Source of the DNA: Chrysemys picta bellii
Lineage: Eukaryota
Assembly: GCF_011386835.1 (NCBI RefSeq)
Contig: NC_088798.1
Coordinates: forward strand, 36,952,001-37,016,000
Length of the DNA: 64,000 nt
Direction of reading: 5' to 3'
A program made the position numbers and the translations under genes. Shown piece by piece: positions 25,337 to 38,577 of this stretch (within the stretch, counting starts at the first letter, position 1; the number at the start of each line of letters is the position of its first letter). Under the pieces are notes generated by a model. That model did not search any database. It worked only from the letters and a program-made list of their open reading frames with translations, and had not been told where the DNA came from.

Positions 25337-26542
25337 GTGTAAGCAGTGTAACAGGACCAGAACACGTGGGGAATATGGTTTTTTATGTTTGGAAATAAAC
25401 TTGGATTTCTATATGGCAATTCAGACAGCATTACGATGAGTTTGCCAGTAGTCACATATTCTGATAATTTATTGGTTTTAGAGTAAAATAAATGGTTAAA
25501 AACGTTATTTTTTTCTCATGACGTTTGCTTTGATCATCTCATGTCTCTGGAGTTATGTGTGGCATCCCAGGGGGGAAGATACTCGATGGTTTAAACATTT
25601 CTATGCCTATTAGTGAACCATGATTCACTGATTTACTTACAAAACCTCTGTTGTGGTTTGAACTGGGGAATTCTCTAGGGTTTGTGGACTATCAAGCCTT
25701 TTGGGCTCTAGTTCTTGAGACAATACAGAGCTTCAGACCTGACATCTTCAGAAAGTGTCAAGCAGCTATGAGCATGATTATTGTTACTTTGATCCTTGCT
25801 TTCCACTTCAGAGACAGAAAGCTATCACTCTCTCCTGAAGAGCTTTTAAGTGCTCCAGTGGTCTCTGTTAAGGGGATCTTCCTGTGGATGCTATTCTATC
25901 CCCAATTGCTCTAAAGTATATCACAAGGGCTAGATTAAAGTAAATGAATAAACTGCTACACAGTATCTCCCTCTAGCTTTCCCATCTCTCCTTACCCCTT
26001 TTCTCACTGTCTTCTCCTGCTTCCCTTCTCCCTCCTTCCCCATTGTTATTGGCATTGAGTCCCAAGCAGCTCTGTATTTCCTTGACACCTCCCATTGGAA
26101 GCATTGAATCATGTACCCTAACTGGGTGGGATGCAGTCTTTGTTACAATAATGAAGTTGCTAGTACTGTCATTATCCATTGTAACAGAGCACCACACCTC
26201 TTTAACTTGTTTGCCTATTCTTTAGAACTGATTGATGTACACTGCCACACCTTTGCATTGATAACATTCCTGGGAGCCACCAGATGATGCTATTACAGAG
26301 TGTTATAGATTCTGTTTATCTGAATGTATAAGCAGTTAGTTCTTGGGGGAATGCTTATCATCATTTCTGTTAAGATGTTAAGCGTATCACTAATAAAAAT
26401 TCTGTTTTTGCCTATGTGTCTCTCTCTCTCTTAACTGGAATCACCTCTCTAGGGATAAAGCTGCTACCTGCAAAAAACAAACAAACAAATTACATGGCAC
26501 CAAAATGTTACCTTGATGACTCGGTCATGACTTGTTGAGGGA

Positions 26543-27030
26543 TAGGCTTGTCACCTGTCCCGCTTATCCTAGGATTGTCCCATTTTTTAGGTAGCTGTTC
26601 CCAGAAATCTCTAAGTTTCCCTGGACAATAAAAGCCCTGGGTTTTGTCAGTGACACCCCTACTGATGTCCGCACTGGCTCTCCCAGCCCCTGGTGGCTGT
26701 AGTGGGGGGAGCCATGGGGTGGAGGCATTTGTGCAGGGGGTGCTCTGGCTCTGGAATGTCTGGGAGACATGAAGATGAGGTGGCTTATGGATAGCAAGTG
26801 CGACAGTGGGAGCTTGGAGTCACCACCGTGGCAGCCACCACCAGGGGAGAGGGGGTGGATCCAGCCAGTGCTGCATCCTGCTCAGTGAGGTTGCTGCCGT
26901 GAGCAGCATGGGAAGCAGAAGCCTGTGGGGGCTGGTGCCCTCTCCTGGGAGTGGGATGAGGAGACAGTACCCTGGTTGGGGGGGGCAGGTAGATGTCCTA
27001 GTTTTTTGCCCTTCAGAGGTGACAACCCTA
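26543..27030. mobile_element. hAT MITE (TAGGG-terminus type)
   Basis: TIRs taggcttgtcacct / aggtgacaacccta (13/14). TSD ttgaggga / ttgtggga (7/8). Confidence 0.85.
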
Positions 27031-27241
27031 TTGTGGGACAGAATTTACTCAACAGTGGAAATGTTTAGCTTCTGGGTCAGCTTAAGGAAGCGGGTTGAGG
27101 GCAAAGTCCATTGGTGTTAAAGTGGTCAGGCTAGTGTACCAAATCAGTTACAGCCTCTTAGGCGACCTTCTCTCAGCAAGGAATCAATTTCCTGCCTAAA
27201 AAAAAGATCTCAGGTAAGTTGACTTTTATGAAAGCAGTCTT

Positions 27242-27521
27242 GGCTTGTCTCCACAGCCCTGCAGTGAGGACTATGGAGGTGTGAATTGCAGAGTGAACTG
27301 AAGGGTGGTGCTGTAATTGCCCCATGTAGACCCTGCTAGCATGAAAAGGTGCCTAGTTCCCATTAACATACTCCCATTTCAAACAGGATTACAGTAATGC
27401 AAACTAGTTTTAGTTTTCACTAGCAGGGGACAGCTACATGGGACAGTTACAGCATAACATGTTAGTGGGTGCTGCAGTTCACACCCCTGTAGTCTGCACT
27501 GCCAGACTGTTTAGACAAACC
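27242..27521. mobile_element. Palindromic MITE, PIF/Harbinger-like (same family as 16729-16974)
   Basis: Termini ggcttgtctccac / tttagacaaacc, with interior similarity to the 16.8 kb copy. Confidence 0.6.
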
Positions 27522-29819
27522 TTCAACTACTTCTTGGGCTGTGGCATTCTGGAAGAAGGGGTGATTCTCTGCAGACTCTCTTGCATTCCCTTGACCTGAG
27601 AGCTATGACAACTGGATGTCACTGGTTCTCTGTTTGATGACCTCCTATTTCAGATATACCTTTGATGAAGCTTTCAACAGGGTGACCTTAAATTTTGTAT
27701 AGCCCCATATGAAATAAGACAAGTGAGGCCACATCTAGTTCCCTTTTCAGGAACTGCTTGACTGTCTGATGTGAGTTGAATTAATTGACATGGGCAGTAC
27801 AATACTCATCACTGACACCACTGGGGCACAACAAGTACTCTTTGGGCTGCAGGTGGCTTGTTCTGTTCCGTGAAGCAGATGCACTGCCTCTTCATATGCT
27901 TGCAAGACCTAGCAGCCTTTGTGTTCATGCCTGTCTTTCATGTGCAATATATAAAGGCTGCTGGAGTGTGCAAACCAGGCATCAAGCAAGGAAATGAAAT
28001 CAAAATAAAAGTTAACAAGCTGGGAGTAGAGAAAGGCACTAGAGAAGCAAAGGAATGTAATCACTGCTGCAGCTTATTGTTGGCAGAGACTAATGGGACC
28101 ACAAACTGGGAACGAGGGTGGTGTGTGTGGCATGAGGCCTCTGGAACACTGCAGCCCTTAGCAGCTGCATAGGTTGCACAGGCCTAATGTCTTGGCTTTG
28201 GATGAGCCAATCACAATATTACTGAGAGGGTTGATAGTCCCAAATCTCCAGTTATAAAGTAGGATGTAGTTTCTGTGTCTGTGCAGTTTACTCAAACTCT
28301 AGGCTGGTGGGTCATCAGATTAAATCTGATCGGTGTAATGCTCCAAAACCCTAATGTTGTGTCTTTTGGAAACTTCTGTGCTTTGGAAGCAAAGGACCTA
28401 ATTCTGCTCTAGTTCTATTGACCTCAGTGGAGTTACTGATGATTCACACCAGTATCAGTGAGAATAAAATCAGGCCCACAGTACTTTTCAGTGAATTCTA
28501 ACGTTCAATACAATGAAATTAAAATACACACTAGTACAGCAGACACTGGAGCCCAGCAAATATTTCTTATAATTTTATATATGTATTTATTTTTAATTCT
28601 ATCATGGAAGATTAAAAATATCTGTGATCCGTCCATCTATCTGTAACTCAGTAATAAATTTTAATGAGCTATTAATTTTATTATGCATATAGATTATATA
28701 AAAGCAATCCAAACTGCTAAAAATATTGCTAAAAAATCTGTATATAGGAATCATTTTTAAAAGCCAATTTTTTTTCCCAGTTAGGTAAAAGAGAATTAGC
28801 CTGGGTCTGAGATCTTGTATACAAAATTTTAGCCTGAAGTAAATGTTTTGTAGCTCAGATTAAAAATCCTTGAAAATAGGTGGCTATGATGGAAACACTT
28901 AAAAGGCCCTTCAACTAAATATAGCATGAAGTATACTGCTGTCATTCCACACATGCATGTTAGTTGTAAAATAAAATGCTATAAATGCATCAGAGATTTG
29001 TTTGTCGGTGTTTGAGTATAGGCTATTCATGTGATACCATAACAAGCCATAAAAACAAAAATCAAAGGGCTTCTTTGAACACATGAACACGATCCTCAGA
29101 TGTGTTGTTATCATTCAGGATCCTTCCTTTTTTTTAATGTGAACCATTATCCTACCCAGATTAAAATGGAAAAGAGAAATATTCCTTTGTCCTCATCCAA
29201 CTGGTATTTGTTCTTCTCTTTGTTTCCATCTCCGTCTGTCCAACTCCTTCATTTCTCATCATAGCTGCCTTAGCTTCCTGTTATTTCTGCTTTCAATCAA
29301 TTTGTGTTAAACTATCACTGTTGTAGATGACACTCTACTTTATTTCTCTGTTCCTACTGCTCAGGCAGAAGCAGACTCAGCGGTGCCATCCTAACTAATG
29401 AAGGTTATTTAAGAATGGCTCAAACCCTTTTAAAAACTAATGGCTCAATCCTTGCTCCGGGCAAACTCCCAGGACTGGTCATGATAATATATTGCTAACA
29501 TAGAAATGCTATTGCTGTGCCTGTACTGTTGGCTGACGACGTCTTCACACTTGGTATTTGTTATTAAAATATTATTACTTAAATGAGCTTTTCTTTGGCC
29601 TCAGCATATGCTAAAAATGCAAGCGATACCTTGGATTCTGCCTTGTGTTTTGAACATCTATAGATCTCACTTCCTTTTGTAATCTACAGATTATTGCCCA
29701 AATTCAGACACTGATTTCACAACCTCACACTGCAGCTCATGCTTTTTTTCAACATCTCCACCTTTGGTTATTGCAATATCTTCTTTTATGGCCTTCCCAG
29801 AAAATTATTTATAGGTTCA

Positions 29820-30300
29820 AGCTTGTGAAAAAAGCGGCTTCTAAAATGTTAACGCTCACAAAGTGGACCTTGGTATGTTACTCGAGTCCTTAGAGAATTA
29901 CGCTGGTTCCCTGTTAAACATAAAATTGATTTTAAAATTGCTTTGATGACTTGGAAAGCGATGCACAAATTGGGATCAGTGTGTTTATCAGAGCTACTGT
30001 CTTTGTGTGAGCTTAGTTGATGTTTGAGATGATCAGAAAACAGCCTCTTGGTTATTTCAAAAGACAAGTTAAAGATTGATGGAACACATGTTTTTAGTTC
30101 TTGTTCACCTGAAATCTGGAATTCACTCCCGCCAGGTTAGGAAATGCTGAGTCAATATATTCATTCAAATCTGATCTTAAATCTTGTCTTTTTAACTCAG
30201 GCTTATTTTTATTGATTGAGCTCTCCTTGCACTTTCTGGTTTTATGGTAAAGCTCTTTGGGTTGCTTTTTCACAAAGACACTTTATTAGCTTATTCTGTA
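29820..30300 (+). mobile_element. Old L2 LINE 3' remnant (C-terminal ORF2 plus tail)
   Basis: Translation VTRVLRELRWFPVKHKIDFKIALMTWKAMHKLG...LR*SENSLLVI...VFSSCSPEIWNSLP matches the L2 pattern ITPVLxxLHWLPVxxRIxFKI...RAFSxxAPxLWNSLP. Confidence 0.8.
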
Positions 30301-31029
30301 TTGAGCTTTGTTTAATCTTCAGCTTTTATAAAGTGGTAAGGTGTGGTATAGAAACATTAGTTTCCATCATTTATAGCTGCTGTTCTAAGGTGGCACAATG
30401 AAAGCAAAGATATTCTATAAACACTGTAAAATAAGAATCCAGAAACTGCAGGCTTTTGTAGAGATGTATTGATTTTAGTCAGCCATATCCCGCTGGCAGT
30501 TTGTATTAAAGCACTGGACACATATTGTACCTTTAAAAGCTCATTCCTCTAAATCACAATAACCTGTAAATTTCACGACTGTAAGTCTCAGATAGTTCAG
30601 TATAACTGACTGGTGTATACTGATGAACATCCATTTATAAAATCCAACAGAACATGTCAGAAAGTGGTCAGGTAACACATTTGCTTCATCTTCTGTGATG
30701 GTTTTGTAAACTATACAAATGTTGAAATTTAACAAGGAAATGGGGCTTACTCATGTAGCTAACAGCACTTGAGTTTGGGCGAATGTGCATGAACAGATAT
30801 GATCATGCAAAACCCCAGTGCCTTATAGTATCAGCCTGAGAGGTATTTCTACCATAGATGAAGGAATTTTGCAAGCCCTTCCTCCATACCCAAATCAAAA
30901 GCAGGGTAGGGAGAAGGATTGTAAATACTTCTTTCTACAAATTCTCAAAGTCACTTCCTTGCTACTTACCCCTAAAGTCCAGGCTGACGTGTAGAGCCAA
31001 GAATTAAATAAAAATACAATTTACTAATC

Positions 31030-31275
31030 TCAATATTCTGTTTGTCTATTCTTGCCTTTCCTTTGTTTTTTTCAATTTCTCTAGTAACTTCTCTTTCTCA
31101 TCTCCTATTTCACACTTTCATTTATCTCATTTTTTTTCTTTTGCCTCTTTTCTCTTCACCCTTTGTTATTTCCTGTTCTCTTCAACTGTGCTTCTCCCCT
31201 TCCTCTACCTCATTTTTCTTTCCTCAAGTCCCCTATCCCTTTCCCTAATGTTGCATCTCACTCTCTCTCTCCCTC
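31030..31275. repeat. CT-rich low-complexity tract
   Basis: About 240 bp of almost pure pyrimidine runs. Confidence 0.7.
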
Positions 31276-34200
31276 CATGGCAAGGGAGGCAGGCGATGGT
31301 GTAATTTATTTCACCACTCTGTAATGTACCTGGAGCTGGGCAAATAACAAAAAATAGCGATTTGTCAAATATTTTATTTAAAAATGTCACAGGATGCTTG
31401 AGGCGCCTGATCCAAAGCCCTCTGAAAGCAGTGGGAGTCTTTCCATTGATTTCATGTACTTTGGATCAGGCCTCAAATGTATTACTCAAGTAATATATAA
31501 ATGAATGATTCAGCTGGCTCTACAAGCTGGTGAAATGCTGGAAACAATATTTCTTTGAAGACATCTGCAAAATTAACGACATTATTTTATGAATATTATT
31601 TGTCTAGCTCTGTATCACATGGATCTATCGAGCTATCTAGTCACATGTGCAAACACACTCTATTGGCACCGAAATAGATCAATTCATCTATTTATTAGGG
31701 CGCATCTTTCTGTACATTTTGCGATGCAATAAGGTCTCAGATTTCTGCTTTTAAATCACAGTCCAGCAAAGTGCAAAGCTCCGCAGCTGTAGTGAGAACT
31801 CCCACAAAAATATTCACTCTAGCCATTCCCATTATATCACCTCTTTAATACGATGTAGTAATTTATATCTCAGACTTAATGCAAGAAGCCCAGTCCCAAG
31901 TACAATAATGTCTGGAGAACAACATTCAGAATCAGGAAATTACAAGCACACTGACAGGTTTTTAAGTGTTGTTTAAAGCCTAGAAGATTATGCTCTTTGT
32001 TACCCAATTCCTTTGTTTGGGAAGCGGCATGGTGCTAATAAATCTAAAGTTTATTTTGAAGATTAATATCCAGGACTGCAAAATACAGATGGAATTTATA
32101 AACCTTTGTGTTTTATAATTGTTTCTACACAGGACTGGAATGTTGAATCACACTGAAATCATTTTTTTTCCCTGTGAGGAGCATCTGAATTTTAAGTAGC
32201 TTAATTTCCTCTATCAGTGCCTGATATATAATCGCCAATGATCACTATTCTGGTTAGATTTGAAGGGACTGATTCTCCTCTCACTTACACCCGTGGAAAT
32301 GAGAAGTAAAGGCACTTAAGTAAGTAGAATTATACCATTGTGAAACCAGCATAAATGAGACCAGAATCAGACCTGAGGTACCTAGTTCTCATTCAGCTGT
32401 CTACAAGGTATTTGGGGCCACTATTATTGTAAGTATTTCTTGATATTTCATTTAAGGAGGTAATAGTCTTGGTTTAAAAATCTTGCAACACCCAAATTTA
32501 TCAGTATTCAAATCTGCTATGCAATGAAGATTTGCTTTTTATTGATTTACATTATTGCACAAAATACTTTGCTCGGAGCTGTCAGTCAGATAGTTTCATG
32601 AATCATTACCAAAACATTAGGGAGTTGCCTTTACAGTGTACAGCAATCCATTTTAATCCAAAAAAACAAAGCTTGCTGCAGTGTACATTTTTTCCCTATT
32701 CTGTTTCCATGGAATTTGGAAGAAATTATTAAACAATTATGTTGCCTGAATCCTGCTTGTGAGCCTGGTGCTAAATGGAGAAGGGGGAGTGGGTTATCAA
32801 AAAGAAATCAAGATAGAGGACAAATATGAATTCCTTGGCTCAACAAGCAAATGACACCTATCCTCCGCCACCCACATGTCAATCTGGTTGCTCAGATTTT
32901 TTCTATGGGTTGAATTGAAGGAGGGATGGGAGTGGATCAGGGAGACTTTTTGGCAGAATGGGCTTATGAATATTGAGCCAATGTAAGAGTATGGCTGTTT
33001 TTCTTTTTCAGATAATGTTCAGCTTGCATATAGCTTTTAATGCAGTTGGGAAAATAAATAACAGGACCACAACCAGAGGCATAAAAAGAAAGATGCTGAT
33101 TTACTGATGCTTTGACTTGGTGCCTTCTCTTTTATACCTTTCAATTACTTTCAGCTCTTCCCCTTTAAACCAAGACAAATTGTTTTTTGTAAACACCACC
33201 AAATCCTTAGATTTGGAGTGTTAACATTTATTATTGAAAATAATTCATTGAGTCTCTCATCTATGTTACGTTAAAATGCTCTTTGATTACACAGGATGTT
33301 TTACACATATGCAAGAGAAATCCTGGGGCCAAATGCACTACGGGCCAGTTTGTGCTATTAGGACATAGACCTGTGTATGGGAAAGGGTCAGCCTCACTGC
33401 CCCTATAAGACATTGTTCCAAAGTTCCTGGGAACCAGAGGTGCTTTTCTCAGAGCACAATTGGCACTCTTTTCTATGTCTGGCCACCAGTGTGAATGGGA
33501 AGGTGTGAGTATGGCCACGCTGTCTCCTTGCCCCTTTTGGAGAGTATAGATCCCATGGGGGCACCAGCCTTGATCAAGGCCTGCAAGGCCATCCCTGTGC
33601 ATTTCTTGTACCCTCCCCTGGGCACACCTACTCAGGGCCATCACAGACTGACCCTAGGAGATGATAATATTAAAATTCCATACCAAAAAGTATGTTAACT
33701 ACATTATTCAGGTTGCAAAGCATAGTGCTCAGAGGTTACGAGACATGAGAATAAAAACTCTGCCCCACTTGTGCATATCCTTATGAGGTTGTCTTTAATC
33801 ACATGATCATGTATTTAATCACGTAATTACATATTGTTATTGTCATGAAGGATGGGGTTTTGTTGGTTGAGCTGCATAGTCCACTGATCCTGTCCATCTC
33901 AACACCAAAATTCTACATATGCTCTCATACAAAGCTTCCACCTGTACCTGCATTCTATGTGGCACATCAGTACAGGTTCTTTGTATTTGACATACAATAT
34001 ATGCAGTATAGGACTGCACCATTTTATCTGGAGTCAAGATACTATATCGCTCTGGTTGGGGAAGCCAGAATCCCTACCACCCACCCACCCACAGACATAA
34101 ACTGGAAAGAGTGGGATTATGAAGTGCAAACTCAAGGGAATTTAATTAAGAAAACAAAAGAATAAATTCTATTTTAGAATTTATCATAGTGTTTTCCATT

Positions 34201-35214
34201 CTGTCATACAGATACTATATCCTAGTCCTATATATGTAGTTCATACTGCTAGTGTGATTAAATAACTAGCCCCTTCAAATTACTGGCCTGCTGCAATGTG
34301 TATATGTGTTTGTGTGTATTTCAATCTCTTGTGAAACAGAAGCGCTTAATTTTAAAATGTTAACTTGTCATAATAAATAAATGCCTTTTCTGCTTGAGAA
34401 AAATCTTCACTCATTTCATATAATTTGTCAATCATGATATCTAAATTTGGAGAACATAAATTGTTTAATAAATGTGATTTTCAGTCAGTTCTACATTTAA
34501 GTAGAATCTTCTTAATGCTGACAGTGAAAGGAAAACAATTAGGGTCATAGTTCAAACTAATGCCATGTTAAAAACAGGAATAATTATTACTGTAATGTGT
34601 TTTCCAGTGGGCAGTAGCTCATTTTCATGAGGAGATCTAGTAGTTCTTACTCAGGCAAAACTCCCATTGAAATGAATGAGAGTTTTGCTTGAGTAAAGAC
34701 TACAGGATTAGGCATTTGATGACATTTGTGGCCACAAGGGCAGTATTTGGTGTTTTCATTTTATACAGAGAGGAAATAAATGGCTGCATTACTTATCACC
34801 CCCAAAAGATGTCCAGGAGAAACAATAGCAAATAAGAAAGACTAGTATATGACTTGGTTTTCTATGTGACCTCGTGATGAAATATTTAATACTGTAAATA
34901 ACATATATTCTCTCTTTGGTTCTGATCATTGTTAGTTAGGGTATTTAACATTAGACTTAAACACACTTATATTCCAATACAAGTGATCATTTACATTAAA
35001 TCATTGAATAATATTTTATAAAGCAGCAGGGCCCTGAGTCTAATCAGACTGGCCCCAATCCTGGAGTCCTTCTTCAGGCAAGTCTGCCATTAGTTTTGCA
35101 CCAGTGTAACACCACTGTCTTAAGTGAAGTTACTCTTAATTTACACTGGTTACCTGAAATCAAGATCAAGCCTCTAAAAGTTTTTCTTTCCTCTTACTTT
35201 TTTTCCACCCTCAA

Positions 35215-36167
35215 TGTAACTCCCACTTGGAATTTGCCAGCTCCTGGCACTTTGGATTGAGCAGTTAGGATGTCCTACCCTTTGGATTACAACAATAATA
35301 GTTACCAGAGCCCTTGGACACCATTTCCCAGCATGCTTGGGTGGGGACAGAATGGACTAGAAACTCCTGCTGAGACCAATTGGGAGGCTTCTGCATGGGT
35401 TGATATGATCAAAGAGTTTGCTGGACCAATTGTGAGCCAGGGCTACTCGGCCCCCTCAGTGCAAGGGAAGACGCTGACTCAGAGGCACTAGGGTTTTGTT
35501 TCAGTTTTGGCTGCTTGAGTTTGGGAGCTGAGAGGGAAGCAGAGTGGCTCAGAGACCCTTCACCACAAAGGGAGTCTTTGAACTGCTGTGAGAGCTAGTG
35601 CAGGGGCCAGGCGGTTCCAGCCCTGCAGAAACCAGCCTCCAGAGTGGCAGAGAGCTGTTTCAGTGCTGGGTACTAAAAGCCAGCTTAGACCCCTCACAGA
35701 ACTCCAGACCACAGATCCAGGAGAGAGCCCTGTCCCACCAACTGGCGAAGGCAGAGTAAAGGATGCCCTTTTTTAAAGTCAGCCAATGTTCACAGCACTG
35801 CAGCACTTATCTCCAACTCATCCTCACTGTGTCATCTGCTGGGAAGGTGCCAGGGAAGGAGCTGGGGGTTGGGAAGAGTTGAGAGTGATGGAGGTGGGAA
35901 ATTTGTTCATTTGTTTATATTCTAGTACTCATTATTTATTCCTAACTCTTTCCTTTCTCAGATCCTATTTTTCTGCTCTGAATAAAGTCCATGATTTGTT
36001 ATACTGTTATATTTTGGGTGTCCTAAATCTTTGCAAGGGTTATGTTCATGCATTGTATTTTATACACCTTGCCAGCAGTAGTAGCATTATTCATTTCCCC
36101 AAGGGATAGCACCCCATGTCTAAGGAACAGTAAGGAGTCACCTTGGTTAGAGGCATGAGGTGTCACT
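35215..36167 (+). mobile_element. Possible solo-LTR-like repeat
   Basis: Starts tgtaac, has a GC-richer interior than its flanks, AATAAA near 35981, and ends gtgtcac. No TSD identified. Confidence 0.3.
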
Positions 36168-36435
36168 AAAAAGAGCCTAGGACCCAACCCATGTTAGGAG
36201 AGGGGAGAAGCCACTCCAGGTTGCAAGCATCAGAGACGAGGCATGAACCAAAGCATGTATTTAACGTCTTTCCTGTAAGTCTGAGGGAACAGATACAGAA
36301 TGGCAAATATCAATGCAACTCCTTGTTTGTTCACCGAGGCACTTGGTGAAGATGCTAGAGCCAGAAGCACAGGATTTGCCAGGAGAAGGGGTGATAGAGA
36401 ATTTGCCGATGGAGACAGGGATTTTTACTCTAAAA

Positions 36436-36520
36436 TTTGTGTTTTACCTGGCGAGACTCCTCGAATGCTGACAATGATTCGGGCCAAATTAGATTTGTGG
36501 ACCTTGATGGTGCAAGGCAA
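36436..36520. repeat. Copy 1 of an 85-bp direct repeat
   Basis: tttgtgttttacctggcgagactcctcgaatgctgacaatgattcgggccaaattagatttgtggaccttgatggtgcaaggcaa is 83/85 identical to 38493-38577. Confidence 0.95.
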
Positions 36521-37446
36521 GAGAAGATGCAATTTGGTATGATATAGAGCTACATTTTTATAATTATTTTCACCCCCTGTATCACCACTATAGTTGTAGC
36601 GGCTTGGCCAAAACCCTCCATACGAGAGATTGAAGAGGATGCTGTCCCATGTAATGATATCCAAATAAGCACAATCATCAAGCATATACAGTCTCTTCAC
36701 CTATCAGATCACTCTACGCATGCTGGGCCAGATTCTCAGCTCACTTACATCATTGTTAATCCAGAGGAGTGCCACTCAAGTCAGTGGAGTTACTCCTGAG
36801 TTCCGGCAGCACACCTGAGATCAGAACCTGGCTTGATAAATATATCTAGTACAATAATAACATTCATAAGATACGTTTAATCTATTCTAACTAACAATAT
36901 TTTTCAAAGGTAAAAATCCTTGTTTCAGCTGCTTGACTGCCTGCCTGCTCTTTCTATGCTGCTTTGCTTCGGTTGCTGCCACTCTCTCTTTGGCCAAATC
37001 TAGTATTTAAGGACTGTATGCTCCTTTCCTTAGCGTGTGCAAGGAGAGAGATGACGTAAACATGTTAATGGTTTCGCTTGGACATTCTGCCATATGCTCC
37101 CTTTGGTGGAGCCATAGCATGCCCTCCTGTGGTAAAATCTGAAGGAGAGGCAGGGCCTGGGAGAGGAAACCCTTGCACTGGCTATGGGACCTCCCTCTGG
37201 AAAAAGGCTGCCCCCAGCCCTGGTGAATCCCCAGAGGTCCATGGGAGGCCAGTCTATCTGTGTGGAGGTCCTATAGTTCCACACTGGCTTTGACTCCTGG
37301 CAGCACTCCGCAGCCCAGCATGGCCTCATTAGGATTCCCCCTTGATGTGGCTGCCAGGAGTGTGTGAAAAAGACTCTACAGGCCCAGTCTGCATTGTCGT
37401 CCCTGGGGATCTCCATGGGAGCAGAGTGGGGATGATGCAGCTTGGC

Positions 37447-37566
37447 TAGGGTGACCAGATGTCCCGATTTTATAGGGACAGTCCCGATATTTGGGGTGTT
37501 TTTTATATGGGCTCCTCTTACCCCCCACCCCGTCCCGATTTTTCACACTTGCTATCTGTCACACTA
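37447..37566. mobile_element. Short hAT MITE (TAGGGTGACCAG terminus)
   Basis: Left TIR tagggtgaccag, degenerate right TIR ctgtcacacta. TSD agcttggc / agcctggc (7/8). Confidence 0.88.
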
Positions 37567-38492
37567 AGCCTGGCCCCAGTACCAGTCTCCAGCACCTCTA
37601 CAGAGTAGAGCACAGAGCTAAAGAATCTAGTGAAGAAAGGCTGGTGTTGCAGAGACAGCCTCCCACTTCCACAGACACGCTGTATAGGAGGAGGGAATTC
37701 TACTTCCCCTCCATATGTGGATCTCAGGAATGATCCCACTGGAATGGGATCTGTAGCTGCTCAGAAATGCCAAGAAATATGTGGGGCCAAAGACACACAC
37801 AGAGGCCAAGGAATCTGTGGGAGAAGCAGGTTCAAGTATGATGGATCTCTAGGGCTTTGTGCTGCTCTCGTGGACTCCCTGGCTCTGTGTTTTTTCTGGC
37901 CACCTTCCTCTTCCCAGATGGCACAGCTACCTCCGCACCATGCTGCCATTTTACTCTGCCTTAGCAGCTTGCTCTTATGAGCCCCCTCCGATGGGGTTCA
38001 TGGAGCGCATGGGTAAGGCAATGTGTTGCCCAATGCAGTGTCTTGTTTATTCCAATCCTGAGCCAGGATTTTATCTTTGCCATGAAAATATACAGCTATT
38101 ACATCATGGGCACCTCTGTTCTTACAGATTTTATTTTCAGTGGTTACAACACTGGTCTGTGAAGGTGGATGTTGATGTCAAAGTCTGTAAGGTAGGGATA
38201 ATCCTGCCAACAAAATGTATGGACCCTCTTTCCCTGTCTGCCCCAGGTAGAGGGCAATTTTTTTCTAACGGTCTTTCCCCACAGTTGAGTTGCCCACAGT
38301 GCTCCACTGTGATTAACTGCAGTGCTTGGTATTTGTTAATAATTTAGTTTCAGTTATTCTGACAATTCTGAACAGTTACCCCATTTTTTCCAGCTGTTTT
38401 TTGATGCCAGCCATGCAGCTATTCATAGTATATACCATCAAAGGAAACCTTTGTTCCTGCCCCAGTGGAGAGCAAGGTAGCCTGAATCTTTG

Positions 38493-38577
38493 TTTGTGTT
38501 TTACCTGGCGAGACTCCTCGAATGCTGACAATAATTTGGGCCAAATTAGATTTGTGGACCTTGATGGTGCAAGGCAA
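38493..38577. repeat. Copy 2 of the 85-bp direct repeat
   Basis: Differs from 36436-36520 by two transitions (aatgattcggg vs aataatttggg). Confidence 0.95.

Noticed and set aside
36300-36720. Endogenous hepadnavirus or other viral element
   Set aside because: I recognised no viral polymerase, core or capsid motif in any frame. Kept only as an unexplained ORF-like segment.
37859-38347. 162-aa plus ORF, or an L2 endonuclease remnant on the minus strand (DFDINIH)
   Set aside because: The ORF has no recognisable domain, and the GDFNIH-like match is too weak and interrupted by stops.
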